A DNA stretch of 64,000 bases, taken from positions 2,944,001-3,008,000 of the forward strand of contig CBDIID010000003.1 in the NCBI GenBank assembly GCA_965279515.1, given 5' to 3'. The stretch's first letter is position 1. Each line of letters begins with the position of its first letter. The position numbers were made by a program, and so were the translations under genes. Of this stretch, positions 1-10,091 are shown in pieces. The stretch is from Turneriella sp. GTDB lineage: Bacteria > Spirochaetota > Leptospiria > Turneriellales > Turneriellaceae. The notes below the pieces were generated by a model. The model made no database searches, had not been told where the DNA came from, and saw only the letters and a program-made list of their open reading frames with translations.

Positions 1-2031
1 CAGCTTGCCCGAGGTGAACTGGCCCGAGAGTTCTTGCCAGCTGAGCGCATAGTCGTTATAGATATTCTGGAGTAATAGGTCGCGCGTACCATTCATGGTA
101 CCGATCTTGCCTTCTAGCTCGCTGACGGCGACGAAGACCTCGTCGGTTTTCGATGCCTCGCGCTTCATGGTATCGACGAGTTCGCGGCGCTTTTCGTCGA
201 CTTTTTGGATGTCTTTTTCGATGCCCGCGATGCGCTGGCTTTCCTTTTCAATGCTGCTCTTCAGCTTTTCGACTTCGCGCACCAGGTTCTTTTGTTCCTG
301 CGTCAGCTGCATCACCGAGCGGTCGATTTCGGTAAATTGCGCGCGCACGAAGCCCATATTGGTTTCTTCGTTTGTGATCTGGCCGGCGAGGTTCTTCTCT
401 TTTTCTTTGACGCTGGTGATCTGTACATTCAGGGATTTAACATCGCCCAGCAGTTTCTCGCGTTCTTGTTTCTTGGAGGACCCTTCTTCGGCGAGTTGCT
501 GCTTTTTTAGCGTCAGCCGGTGCGTTTCTTTTGCCGCATCGGCAAGGGTTTTTTCGAGACCGGCGATCTCTTCATCGAGCTCTTCTTTACGCGAGTGTAC
601 CCCGCCTTTTTCGAATAGAATTTCGTGAAGGCCACGACTCATTTCCGCCAAAACGCGCGCTTTCTCCTGGATTTTCGCGATATGGTGCTTCGCGGTGGCA
701 TCTGCCGTCAATGCAGCACAACAATCCTCAATGATCTTTAATGCTTCTTCCCGTCCCTTCGCGGTTTTTTCCCAGCGGGCCTTCTCGTTTTTCAGTGATA
801 CAAGAAGTTCCTGAATTGTTTCTTCTTGTTTTGCGCTTACCGCACTGAGGTTTTTCTCGGCAGATTTTTTTTCTTCTTCGAGACGCTGAATCTCTTTGTC
901 GGCCGCGGCGGTCTCTTCGGCGCACTTGTCGATGCGTTCCTGCAGGCGGCCGATTTCCTTTTCAATGTCCGATACCTTGAGGTCGAGCTTCAGTGTGAAC
1001 TGGTTCTGTTCGGCGGCTTCGCTTTTCAGTTCTTTGATACGTTTTTCAAAACGTGTGATCTGCTCTTTGAGGCCGCCGAGCTGAGCCGCTAACGTGGTCT
1101 TGCGGCCTTCTTGCTCTTCGATCGTGCGACCCAGCTGTGCGATCTTCTCGTTCGCCACCTGGCTCGACACGTCTTTGCGGTGGAGTTCTTCCTTTAGATT
1201 ACGTTCGTCTTCGTCGAGCGTCGTCAGGCGCTCCTGCATCTGTATCAGCTTCTGCTGGATCTTTTCTTTCTCGGCGTGGCGGCGGCTGAGCTTTTCTTTT
1301 AGATCATCGAGTTTCTCATTCGTGTCACGCACCATGAGATAGCGGATCTTGAGGTCATGGTCTTTGTACTTCGCCATGAGTGCATTGTACTCGGCGGTCT
1401 TCTTTGCCTGCTCGGCGATGGTTTTCAGCTCTCGTTCGAGCCCGCGCTGGATATCTTCCACGCGCGTCAGGTTGAGCTGCGTGTTCTGAAGGTTTTTTTC
1501 GGCCTCTTCGCGTTGCGCCTTGAAGCGTGAAACCCCCGCGGCTTCCTCAAAGATGACACGGCGGTCTTCGGGTTTACTCGAAAGAATCTGGTCCATCCGC
1601 CCCTGTTCCATGAAGGAGTATGAGGACTTACCAATACCCGTGTCGCGGAACAGGTCTTCGATCTCCTTGAGTGCGACGCGGCTGTCGTTGATGAAGTACT
1701 GGCTCTGCCCGTCGCGGTAAAGGCGGCGGCCGACCTTGACATCGTCGGTATCGATTTTGAGCAGACGGATACGGTTGTCGAAGGTGAGCGAAACCTGGGC
1801 AAAGTTCGCGGCTTTGCGCGTGCTGGTGCCGGCAAAGATGACATCTTCCATCTTCTCGCCGCGCATGGTTTTGACCGATTTCTCGCCCAGCACCCATTTC
1901 ATGCTATCGAGCACGTTCGACTTGCCGCAGCCGTTCGGGCCAACGACGCCGGAGACCGAATTTGAAAACGCAATCTTCGTCTTATCGGCGAATGACTTAA
2001 AACCTAAAACTTCGAGTTCTTTTAAGAGCAT
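1..2031 (-). CDS. smc: Chromosome segregation protein SMC, 5' part (runs off the left edge)
   Basis: Manual translation from ATG at 2031: MLLKELEVLGFKSFADKT...VVGPNGCGKSNV (Walker A)...RGEKMEDVIFAGT...EQGRMDQIL, then long coiled coil. Absent from the ORF track because it is truncated by the window. Confidence 0.95.
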   Translation of the reverse strand, partial: MLLKELEVLGFKSFADKTKIAFSNSVSGVVGPNGCGKSNVLDSMKWVLGEKSVKTMRGEKMEDVIFAGTSTRKAANFAQVSLTFDNRIRLLKIDTDDVKVGRRLYRDGQSQYFINDSRVALKEIEDLFRDTGIGKSSYSFMEQGRMDQILSSKPEDRRVIFEEAAGVSRFKAQREEAEKNLQNTQLNLTRVEDIQRGLERELKTIAEQAKKTAEYNALMAKYKDHDLKIRYLMVRDTNEKLDDLKEKLSRRHAEKEKIQQKLIQMQERLTTLDEDERNLKEELHRKDVSSQVANEKIAQLGRTIEEQEGRKTTLAAQLGGLKEQITRFEKRIKELKSEAAEQNQFTLKLDLKVSDIEKEIGRLQERIDKCAEETAAADKEIQRLEEEKKSAEKNLSAVSAKQEETIQELLVSLKNEKARWEKTAKGREEALKIIEDCCAALTADATAKHHIAKIQEKARVLAEMSRGLHEILFEKGGVHSRKEELDEEIAGLEKTLADAAKETHRLTLKKQQLAEEGSSKKQEREKLLGDVKSLNVQITSVKEKEKNLAGQITNEETNMGFVRAQFTEIDRSVMQLTQEQKNLVREVEKLKSSIEKESQRIAGIEKDIQKVDEKRRELVDTMKREASKTDEVFVAVSELEGKIGTMNGTRDLLLQNIYNDYALSWQELSGQFTSGKL

Positions 2032-2069
2032 TTTGCTTGAAAGCGTATTCTGATTTCTTTCATCACCGC

Positions 2070-3740
2070 ATGGCCCCGGGCGAAGCTAAAGGAAGATACG
2101 CCCATTACCGTTTCGGCTACGAAAAGGGTCAGTTCTCTATTTTTGCCGGCACCGAAAAGGAAAAAGGGGTTTCGCTGGTTTCCCCGCGTGATCCGGTGCG
2201 CGAGGCCGAACGCCACATCGGCGCCTTCAGGCTGAGGCCCGGTATGCTGGCGGTCGTCGCCGGCGTGGGGCATCTGCCGATGCTCGAGATGCTGGTTGAG
2301 CAGCTCAAGACCCCAACGGGCAGAGGCGGATGGATTCTGGCCTTCGAGGCTGACACCGAGCTGTTTCTGGCACTTAAAAAATCGCGCCCCGATATCTTTG
2401 CCGACGTGGCCGTCATCGTCCCTGAAAACCTGAACGTGATGGCCGAGCTTGTCGAAAAGATCGACGTCGAAAATTTCGTCGGCTACCGCACTTTTGAAAA
2501 CAAGGCCAGCGTGGGGTTTGATGCCGCGTTTTATGCGGAGGCGATCGGCGACTTCAAAAAGAAGCTGGCTTCGCGTTTTTCAGACCTCTTTACCCGCCTC
2601 GAATTTGAAGAACGCTGGGTTTTCAATTCACTCAGCAAGCTACCGTTGATGGCGAAGGCGCGCCCGGTGTCGGCGCTCTTTGGTTTGGGCCGTGGCGCCG
2701 ATGCGCTGATTGTTTCCACGGGGCCGTCACTGCGCGATTCGCTGGCGGAAATTAAAGAGCACCAGCATCACTATTTTATCGCCTGCGCCGATTCGGCCTA
2801 CCGCGTGTTGGTACGCGCCGGCATCACTCCCCACCTGGTATTTTCGCTGGATAGCCAGGCGCACACGGCGAAACATTTTGGTTTGTTGCCGCGCGGAAAA
2901 ACCGCCGCTTATCCGCTGCTTGTCTGCGATGCAGTCTCGAACCCCTGTGTCGCGCGCGATTGGCAGGGTGAGCTTGCCATTTCTTACACCGCGCAATATC
3001 CTGATGACAAACGTATGGTGAGCCCCGGCTGCGATTATATTGAAGATGAGGGATTCATCGAAGGGACCGTGGGCCTCGTACCCGGCGATTTGCAATCGGG
3101 CGGTTCGGTAGCGACGTCGATCTTCGACCTGATGCGCCTCATGGAATTCGACCGGATTATTCTCATCGGCCAAGATCTGGCCTATACGCGGCGGGAAATC
3201 CACACGCCCGGCACACACCACACCGACGAGTGGCTCTCGAAAACGACGAACCGGCTGCAGCCGCTCGAAAATATCAACGAACGTGTGATACGCCGCCGGC
3301 ACACGAAGCGTGAGATCTCGGTTACGGGCAGGCCGATTGTCACGGATTATATCCTGTCACTCTACCGTGACTGGTTTGCGACGGCGATTGAACGGCTGCC
3401 GCAAAAGATTTTAAATGCCACCCGCGATGGTCTCAAAATTCCCGGGGCGGTACCGCTGGCGACGCTTGAGGGGGCAACAGGTAATAATGCGGAGATCCTC
3501 GCCAAATTTCTCTCTGCACCGTTGTTGCAGGTGAACCACAACAGAGTGCAGAACCTGGGTTCGAAAATGATTTCGACCGCGAATGTTTCCGAATTGTCAT
3601 TCCTGCGTTACGTGGGCCGCAAGTTCGCAATCAAGGCAATACGCTCGCCTGAGAGCGCGGATGCCCTCATCAAAAAACAAAAAATCAAGCAGCGCAATTT
3701 CCTGAACAAGATGGCGTCCAAACTCTACCGCCATGGCTGA
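2070..3740 (+). CDS. Maf/DUF115 (MptE-like) family protein, putative flagellin glycosyltransferase
   Basis: Motifs STGPSL, IACADSA, GGSVATS, IILIGQDLAY, NAT..G..I typical of DUF115/Maf. Start uncertain (ATG 2070 or TTG 2037). Confidence 0.8.
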   Translation: MAPGEAKGRYAHYRFGYEKGQFSIFAGTEKEKGVSLVSPRDPVREAERHIGAFRLRPGMLAVVAGVGHLPMLEMLVEQLKTPTGRGGWILAFEADTELFLALKKSRPDIFADVAVIVPENLNVMAELVEKIDVENFVGYRTFENKASVGFDAAFYAEAIGDFKKKLASRFSDLFTRLEFEERWVFNSLSKLPLMAKARPVSALFGLGRGADALIVSTGPSLRDSLAEIKEHQHHYFIACADSAYRVLVRAGITPHLVFSLDSQAHTAKHFGLLPRGKTAAYPLLVCDAVSNPCVARDWQGELAISYTAQYPDDKRMVSPGCDYIEDEGFIEGTVGLVPGDLQSGGSVATSIFDLMRLMEFDRIILIGQDLAYTRREIHTPGTHHTDEWLSKTTNRLQPLENINERVIRRRHTKREISVTGRPIVTDYILSLYRDWFATAIERLPQKILNATRDGLKIPGAVPLATLEGATGNNAEILAKFLSAPLLQVNHNRVQNLGSKMISTANVSELSFLRYVGRKFAIKAIRSPESADALIKKQKIKQRNFLNKMASKLYRHG

Positions 3741-6186
3741 TGAAGGTAGCGGCGGCTTTTTCTCACGGCTGGGAGCCCGGTTCTGGCCGTTCTGGCTTTT
3801 CTATGTCCGGCGTTTTGGCTGGCTGATTGTTCTGCTTCTTGTCTTCACGAGCTTCATGGGCTTCCGCTATGGGCGCGAGATCCGTATCGATACAAACCTG
3901 CTGCACCTTCTGCCTGCCGATACCGAATCCCTGCAGCGCCTGAACAAATTACGCGATGAATCCGAGATCAAGGGGTTTCTCGTCGTCTCGTTCGAGGCTG
4001 ATACTGCGCAAACGGAGGATAAACTCCTTGCGGCGGCGCAGAAGCTGGAATCGGTCATACACACCGACGCTTTCCTGAACTCTTCAACGAACCGGGTCAT
4101 CTACCGCATTCCGGGAGACTTCTTGCTGCGCTACTCGCTCTATTATGCCGATATCGCCGATCTTTTCAAAATCGAGGCGCGGCTCAGGAATACGGTGAGC
4201 GATACGAAGAGAAAAGAAAATCCGTATTTCGAAGATTTAGAAGAATCTGCACCGGCAAAATTTTATATCGGCGACATTCTCAACAAATACCGCAAGCGCT
4301 ACGTAACAACCAATGCCTTCATCGCCAACGACCGTAAACGCATTGCCGTTTTGCTTTCGCTGAAAAAATCACCCGACGACATCCAGTTCTCGTCATCTTA
4401 CTTATCGAGTCTCAGGGATCAGATTCAAGCGTATGCGAAACAGCACGGTTTCGTGGTGAACCTGTCGGGCCGCTACGCTTCAGACATTGAAAAACAGAAG
4501 CGCCTGCAGAGTGATATCAACCAGTCGACGACGATCACGCTGCTTATTCTGATAGCATCGCTCATTGTCTTTTTCCGTTCGCTGCGCGTCATGCTGGTGA
4601 TCGGCCTGCCCGTCGCCGCGGCGCTGGGCTACACTTACCACGCCGCGTGGTATTTCATTGGCCAAATCAGCATCATCAGTTCATTTCTGACTTCGATCCT
4701 GCTGGGGTTAGGCATCGATTACGGCATCCATCTCTTTGCGCGTTACAAAAGCGAGCGGTTGGCAGGCAATGGCATGACGAAGGCGCTCGAAACAACGATG
4801 CGCAACCTGTTCCGGGGGTTGAGCTTCGGCATGATTAGTACTGCCGCGGTGTTTTTGACGCTGAGTTTTTCGCGTTTCATCGCCTTCGCCGAATTCGGTA
4901 AAATTGCCCTTGCGGGGATCGTGTTCTTTTTCCTGGCCTTTATCCTGTTTTTCCCGGCTCTTGTTTTCATTACGGAAAGATTTTCATTCGATACGACAGA
5001 GCCCTCTCACATGCTTGAGAAAACGCGTAAGACGCGCGGCTGGCATATTGCCATCATCGCCTGCGTCATCGGCTACGGCATCTTTACGCTGACCAAGCCA
5101 CCCTTTGAATACGATTTTTTCGAGCTCGACACCAGCATGCAGACGCCGCTGATCCAGGGCGGCAATGAGAGTCTCAAGGTGCTGGAAAACCGCGAGCATA
5201 TGGTCATCTATGAGTTCGCGAATTTGGCAGAACTTCAGGGCGCTGAGGCGAACCTGCGCCAAACCGCGCCGCAGATACCCGTGGAAATCCATAGCATGCG
5301 CGATTTGTTGCCGGAGGATACTGCGCGTAAGCAGGTCGTGCTTTCGAGTATCCACGCGCTGCTGCGGCAGGCCGAACTGTTTTACCTCGTTGCCCTTGAT
5401 GCGGAAAATTTACGTCGGGTGCGTATGGGCCTGCGTATGACAGAGGCGCCGCCCGTCACCGTGGCTGCGATTCCCGAAGAGTTCAGGCAGCATCTCTATA
5501 AAAACGGAAAATATTACCTGTATATCTTTCCCAAGAACGCAAAGGTTTTGAAGCGCGGCGCGCTCGATTTTGCGGCGGCTTACCGGCAAGTTTGTACCGT
5601 TGCCCTGCAACCGGGCCAAACTTGCCTGCCCCAGAATATCAGGCATGGAATTTCTGATCTCTATGTGCTCGATGATATCCTGAACACGGTCATGCTCGAC
5701 CTTGTGAAAGAAATCTTCCTGATCAGCCTCGTGATCGCCGTGATTGTGCTGTCGATGACACGGCGGTTTGCTGGCATGCTGCTGATACTCGGGCCGCTGG
5801 TTGCCGGCATTCTGGGCCTCTTCGCCTTTATCGGCATCTGCCATCAGTTCAGCCCGTCATGGCTCTTTCAGTTTAACTACATCAATCTCCTGGCGATTCC
5901 GATACTTTTGGGCGTGGGCATCGACAACGGTATTTATCTCTATTCGCATGCACGCGAGCTGGGATTATCCCAGGTTAACCACATTATGATCAGTACCGGC
6001 GGATCGATCTTTATTTCCAATTTTACTACCGCGATGGGTTTTCTTTCGCTGACGATCTCAAGCCATGTGGGGCTCGCATCATTTGGATTTATCACGTTTA
6101 CGGGCATGCTCTGCGTGTTCTATTCTTACCGTGTGTTGTTCCCTGCTTTAGCGCGATTCTTCGAGAAGCTCGAGGCAGAAATTTGA
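3733..6186 (+). CDS. MMPL/RND family transporter
   Basis: Two hydrophobic repeats with GLGIDYGIH and GVGIDNGIY motifs and two large periplasmic loops; overlaps the upstream stop. Confidence 0.9.
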   Translation: MADEGSGGFFSRLGARFWPFWLFYVRRFGWLIVLLLVFTSFMGFRYGREIRIDTNLLHLLPADTESLQRLNKLRDESEIKGFLVVSFEADTAQTEDKLLAAAQKLESVIHTDAFLNSSTNRVIYRIPGDFLLRYSLYYADIADLFKIEARLRNTVSDTKRKENPYFEDLEESAPAKFYIGDILNKYRKRYVTTNAFIANDRKRIAVLLSLKKSPDDIQFSSSYLSSLRDQIQAYAKQHGFVVNLSGRYASDIEKQKRLQSDINQSTTITLLILIASLIVFFRSLRVMLVIGLPVAAALGYTYHAAWYFIGQISIISSFLTSILLGLGIDYGIHLFARYKSERLAGNGMTKALETTMRNLFRGLSFGMISTAAVFLTLSFSRFIAFAEFGKIALAGIVFFFLAFILFFPALVFITERFSFDTTEPSHMLEKTRKTRGWHIAIIACVIGYGIFTLTKPPFEYDFFELDTSMQTPLIQGGNESLKVLENREHMVIYEFANLAELQGAEANLRQTAPQIPVEIHSMRDLLPEDTARKQVVLSSIHALLRQAELFYLVALDAENLRRVRMGLRMTEAPPVTVAAIPEEFRQHLYKNGKYYLYIFPKNAKVLKRGALDFAAAYRQVCTVALQPGQTCLPQNIRHGISDLYVLDDILNTVMLDLVKEIFLISLVIAVIVLSMTRRFAGMLLILGPLVAGILGLFAFIGICHQFSPSWLFQFNYINLLAIPILLGVGIDNGIYLYSHARELGLSQVNHIMISTGGSIFISNFTTAMGFLSLTISSHVGLASFGFITFTGMLCVFYSYRVLFPALARFFEKLEAEI

Positions 6187-6731
6187 GAGCGCGCGCTGCG
6201 GTTGTGGCGTTGCTGGCGGTGGCGGCCGTTTCTCCACAGAGCTATGATCTCAAAACGGAAAAGGAAAAATTAGCCAAAATCGAAGCGGCGATCAAAGCTG
6301 AAGACAATCCCACTTTCGTTGCCGAATGCGAAGCGCTGCTGGACCCTCACCGTATCAACGCGCTCGTCTGGTATACCTGCGGCAAGTATCTGCTGTTCGT
6401 CAAGGAGCCCAACCCGACTAAGGCGCGCGCCAATGTGAAGCTTGCGTATAAGCGCCTGAAGGTCGCGGCCGACGACTTTGCGCGCACCGGCAAGCAGGTT
6501 TATTTTGCTCTCGACGCATGGCAGTATCTGGGGCTGGCCGCGATGCATTTCGGTGACCTCGACCGTGCGCAGGTGCATTTCCGCCAGGTGCTGGCGCGCG
6601 ATAACCGCATGCCGGCGGCGTGGTACAACCTGGGTGTGATCTACGAACTCAAAGGCCTGCAAGAAGAATCGATGCGCGCCTTCGACCGCTATCTGCGCCT
6701 CAAGGTAGGCGGCGACGCGGGGGATTTCTGA
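6183..6731 (+). CDS. Secreted TPR protein
   Basis: Signal-like N-terminus; TPR motifs AWQYLGLAA, AWYNLGVIYE; TTGA overlap with the MMPL stop. Confidence 0.8.
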   Translation: MRARAAVVALLAVAAVSPQSYDLKTEKEKLAKIEAAIKAEDNPTFVAECEALLDPHRINALVWYTCGKYLLFVKEPNPTKARANVKLAYKRLKVAADDFARTGKQVYFALDAWQYLGLAAMHFGDLDRAQVHFRQVLARDNRMPAAWYNLGVIYELKGLQEESMRAFDRYLRLKVGGDAGDF

Positions 6732-6771
6732 CCCCACCCCGGTCTTCGGAGATAAGCTAATTGCGATAATA

Positions 6772-7242
6772 CTAATTCACAGTTTGATTTATGAGTTTTA
6801 GCTCATCAATTTCTCTAAGTGCTTCAGCATTTTCCACTAATTCAATATTAGTCTTACCAACTGTCGCTGACGCACCGATGGAGTTTTTTACGTACTTTAT
6901 TTCTCCCTTCTTCGTATTCACAGTCAATTTATTTTCTCCTGAATAAATTTCGGTTGGCATTGAAAATTCATGACTGCCTGCTGTTATATCTACATAAAGG
7001 ATAGTCCCGGGCTCTGAAGTGCCTATACGCTTCCCATTCAGAAAAATATCCGGCCGCATCCCATAGCCATAAATTCCGCTAGGACGATATACAAAAATTC
7101 GAGACATTCCTGTTGGTACCTGAGGCAAGGTTGATTTTATCGTAGAATACGGTTTGCCTTGTGTGGTTCCGCACCCTGCTATCATTAGTCCAAGCATTAA
7201 ACTCACAATGCTGAACCTGGCCTTTGGAAAGATAATCGACAT
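6772..7242 (-). CDS. DUF2846-like lipoprotein, AT-rich
   Basis: Lipobox IAGC; RIFVYRP..G...P.I.LNG..IG motif; visibly more AT-rich than the flanks. Start taken at ATG 7242. Confidence 0.8.
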   Translation of the reverse strand: MSIIFPKARFSIVSLMLGLMIAGCGTTQGKPYSTIKSTLPQVPTGMSRIFVYRPSGIYGYGMRPDIFLNGKRIGTSEPGTILYVDITAGSHEFSMPTEIYSGENKLTVNTKKGEIKYVKNSIGASATVGKTNIELVENAEALREIDELKLINQTVN

Positions 7243-7448
7243 TTGAGCAGGGGGGGCGTTGACCTGTCGCACGTAAAGTCTGTTTTGCCGGGTCTTTGAC
7301 AACGGCGCCCAGTTGCGCCTACGAGTTTTTATGTCCAATCGCCCAGCCCCCTTGACCGGGCCCACATGCACAACTACTTCGGGCAACAAGGTTTACAATC
7401 TGCGCGCGCGAGCACTCCGCTGACTCGTCTCTGCAGGCTTCGGTCGCT

Positions 7449-7491
7449 TCCCCCTCTCCACGTCAGTGGGGAGGGGGTTAGGGGGTGGGGT
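7449..7491. repeat. G/C-rich REP-like palindromic element (family A)
   Basis: Hairpin CCCCTCTCCA..TGGGGAGGGG plus GTTAGGGGGTGGGG; 7467-7490 is the exact reverse complement of 51360-51383. Confidence 0.8.
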
Positions 7492-8189
7492 TACTTCAGC
7501 TCCTGCGTCGCTTTCTTCCAGGCGTCGCTTTTCTCGAGCTGCTGGTGCTCGTCGTAGAGCTTTTTTGTGGGCTCTTTGCTGAGATCCACCTGTTCTCTCT
7601 TTACGTCAGAGCCGTTGTATTTCAGCGCCGTGCCAGCGTTGAGCTCGATGTCGTTCAGAAAATCCTGCATCATCAGGTTCGGGTCGCTCTGCAGGCCCGA
7701 TTCACGCACGAAATCGGTCATGATGACCTTGCCGGTGAAGAGCACGATGCGCGCGGACGATTTCGCAGCCTCGACGGTAAACGCCGTGCCGCGTACGCCC
7801 GCGGTAACCACCGGTGTTTTAATCGCCCATTTGCCGCTGGCATGCCTGCCTTCTTTGCGGAAAATCATGCTGACCGTGCCATCGGCCTGGTAGTATGTCG
7901 AACCCGGCCTGATCTCGAGCGTCGTGAGCGGGCTGACGAAAAAAGAGACGCCGTCTGACATCTGGATGCCCACCTTAGCCTTCGCGCTGGTGATGATGAC
8001 ATCGCCTTCTTTAATACCCGCTCCCAATTTTAAGGCCGTACTTTTGCCGCCGCTTTTGACCTCGGCGCCGCCAGAGAGATAAGTGATCTTTCCTTCGACA
8101 GCGCAAAGGCTACCACAGAGAAAGAAGATAAATGCAGAGAGGAGAATTCTCGCGGAGCGTTGGGGATGGGGGCGTTTTTGGTTTTTCAT
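7491..8189 (-). CDS. FecR-domain protein, secreted
   Basis: Signal peptide; G..I..GD.I.T and IKTPVVTAGVRGT FecR motifs. Confidence 0.85.
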   Translation of the reverse strand: MKNQKRPHPQRSARILLSAFIFFLCGSLCAVEGKITYLSGGAEVKSGGKSTALKLGAGIKEGDVIITSAKAKVGIQMSDGVSFFVSPLTTLEIRPGSTYYQADGTVSMIFRKEGRHASGKWAIKTPVVTAGVRGTAFTVEAAKSSARIVLFTGKVIMTDFVRESGLQSDPNLMMQDFLNDIELNAGTALKYNGSDVKREQVDLSKEPTKKLYDEHQQLEKSDAWKKATQELK

Positions 8190-8193
8190 AATA

Positions 8194-9609
8194 TTAGTAG
8201 TGGTAGCGGGCAGAGACCGCGCTGAAGAACGTAGTCAGATTAAACGCATTCGCGTTCATTGCGAAATCCAGCTGCACCTTTTCTGCCGGTGTCCATCCTA
8301 AACCCATCGCGACGAGCAGTTCATCGTCTGCATAGAAGCTCGTCTTCGTGGTGTTACTGGCTGTGACGGTGGTATCCGTGATCGTCTTGTTGGAGATGAC
8401 GTTCTTGCGCAGGCCGATCCGTGTCTTCAGGCTCTCGAATGTTTTATGCTCTGCCGCAACGCCCAGTGGAATAAAGAAATTCGAAATTTCATACTGGCTG
8501 TTGAGCGTCGCCGCATTGTTGTTGTCGGCGATTTTATACGTCGACCGGGTTGATCCCACACCGGCCGAATAGATGATCTTGAGCTTGCCTTCCTGGAATG
8601 ACTGGTGGTATGCCGCATCAAATTGTACGTTCAGCATCGATGCCGATGCGTCGCGCGAGAGCTGCACCGCCGTGGCGTTGACGCCGCGGATTTCATGCCC
8701 GACCTTGAAGGTATCGACGTTCACGGCGAGAATGATTTTATCCTGGCCCATCGGCATCACATAACGTGTTAGCACGCCGAGCGAGAAGGGTGTGGTGCTT
8801 TTGATCGAGATGTTTTCACTTCCGGCAGCGATCTGGTTGGTATACTCTAATTTTGTGATGGGAATATCCGTAGAAAGTGCAAAGTCCAGGTAGCCGGGCC
8901 CGAAATCTTTGACCTGCGCTCCAAGGCCGGCGCCGATGTTGTGCGAGTTCGTCGCGAAGCGCGCGGTATAATTTGCCGTCGAATCTGTTTTGTCCTGGCT
9001 ATGCGCGATATTCGCATAGCTGAGGCGAAGGCCGAGGTTAAGTTTTCCGAGAGCTATTCCATACATGAGGTCGGCATTGCCGAAACCCTTTTTGGCCTTA
9101 TCGAGAATGCTGAAGGCGGTGAGGCTCGAGGTACCGGGCGCTGCGGCGACATCGCCGGTAAAGAGCGAACCCCCGCCGTTCAGAAATCCCGCGGGGCTGA
9201 CCTGCGCGGCATACTTATTAAAAAGCGTTTCCGTCGAACCCAGAGGGCTATTCAAATTCAGCGGGCGGCGCAGAAATATCGCGAGCTTTTGGTTCGCCGG
9301 TAACGGCACCGTGGCGCCACCCCAAACGAGGTTCGCGCCGAGCCAACCTTCTAGGTAGGCGGTACCGTAGTTCACGACCTGCCCGGGATTCACAAACATA
9401 TTCATGTCGGATTCAATCAGGCGGTTCGGTATGGCGAGGCCCCGCGTCTGTGTGTCGAGGGGCTGGTTGACGCCATTCTTGTCGTTGAGATAGCAGCTTG
9501 TGTCGGTGCCAGGCTGGCATGCACCGGGCTCTCCGGCCGGCGTTGGGGCATCTGCCCAAAGAATCTGTTGCGCGATGAGGAGTATCGCGGTGGATTTCCA
9601 TATTTTCAT
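8194..9609 (-). CDS. Putative outer-membrane beta-barrel protein
   Basis: Signal peptide, amphipathic beta-strand pattern, C-terminal aromatic signature (SARYHY); RBS GGAG upstream. Confidence 0.65.
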   Translation of the reverse strand: MKIWKSTAILLIAQQILWADAPTPAGEPGACQPGTDTSCYLNDKNGVNQPLDTQTRGLAIPNRLIESDMNMFVNPGQVVNYGTAYLEGWLGANLVWGGATVPLPANQKLAIFLRRPLNLNSPLGSTETLFNKYAAQVSPAGFLNGGGSLFTGDVAAAPGTSSLTAFSILDKAKKGFGNADLMYGIALGKLNLGLRLSYANIAHSQDKTDSTANYTARFATNSHNIGAGLGAQVKDFGPGYLDFALSTDIPITKLEYTNQIAAGSENISIKSTTPFSLGVLTRYVMPMGQDKIILAVNVDTFKVGHEIRGVNATAVQLSRDASASMLNVQFDAAYHQSFQEGKLKIIYSAGVGSTRSTYKIADNNNAATLNSQYEISNFFIPLGVAAEHKTFESLKTRIGLRKNVISNKTITDTTVTASNTTKTSFYADDELLVAMGLGWTPAEKVQLDFAMNANAFNLTTFFSAVSARYHY

Positions 9610-9692
9610 GGGAGAAAGCTCCCTTGAATATGTGCTTCGTCAACGGATTCCGAATCTGGGTATACGGCAAAATGGCGTATCTGGATTTCGGA

Positions 9693-10091
9693 TCAATTCC
9701 AAACGGTGCGTACTTGTTTGTAAACCAAAATCGTTTCATCTTTTGTCACGAGTGTTGCGCCGAGATGATTTGCTGTCGCGATGATAATTCTATCCGCCGG
9801 ATCTTTCCCCGCATAGCCAGGCATTTCGACCGAATTCAGCAATATGGTATTTTCCGGAGCGATGAATTTTACGAAAGCCAGCTTCTCTGTCTGGCGAATA
9901 AATTCGCGGTAATCGGTTGCCAGCTCCAGCCTGCCCTTTGTTGTCAGCATGGCGATTTCCCACGCGCTCATAGAAGAGATGCAGACATTGTATTTTTTCA
10001 TAGCCGCGCGGATTGCCTGCATCGCTTTTTTCGGCAAAAGATCAGGCTGCGTGAGCCACCAGATCCAGGCGTGGGTATCCAGCAAAATCAT
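9693..10091 (-). CDS. vapC: VapC PIN-domain toxin
   Basis: MILLDTH..IWW, SAWEI, DPADRIIIATA, LVTKD motifs; ATGA overlap with the antitoxin. Confidence 0.93.
   Translation of the reverse strand: MILLDTHAWIWWLTQPDLLPKKAMQAIRAAMKKYNVCISSMSAWEIAMLTTKGRLELATDYREFIRQTEKLAFVKFIAPENTILLNSVEMPGYAGKDPADRIIIATANHLGATLVTKDETILVYKQVRTVWN

Noticed and set aside
95..2053. Several plus-strand ORFs in the first 2 kb
   Set aside because: They are antisense shadows of the smc coiled-coil region on the minus strand.
7240..7450. Possible integron attC site beside the AT-rich gene
   Set aside because: No convincing RYYYAAC...GTTRRRY pair with an extended stem, and no integrase in the window.
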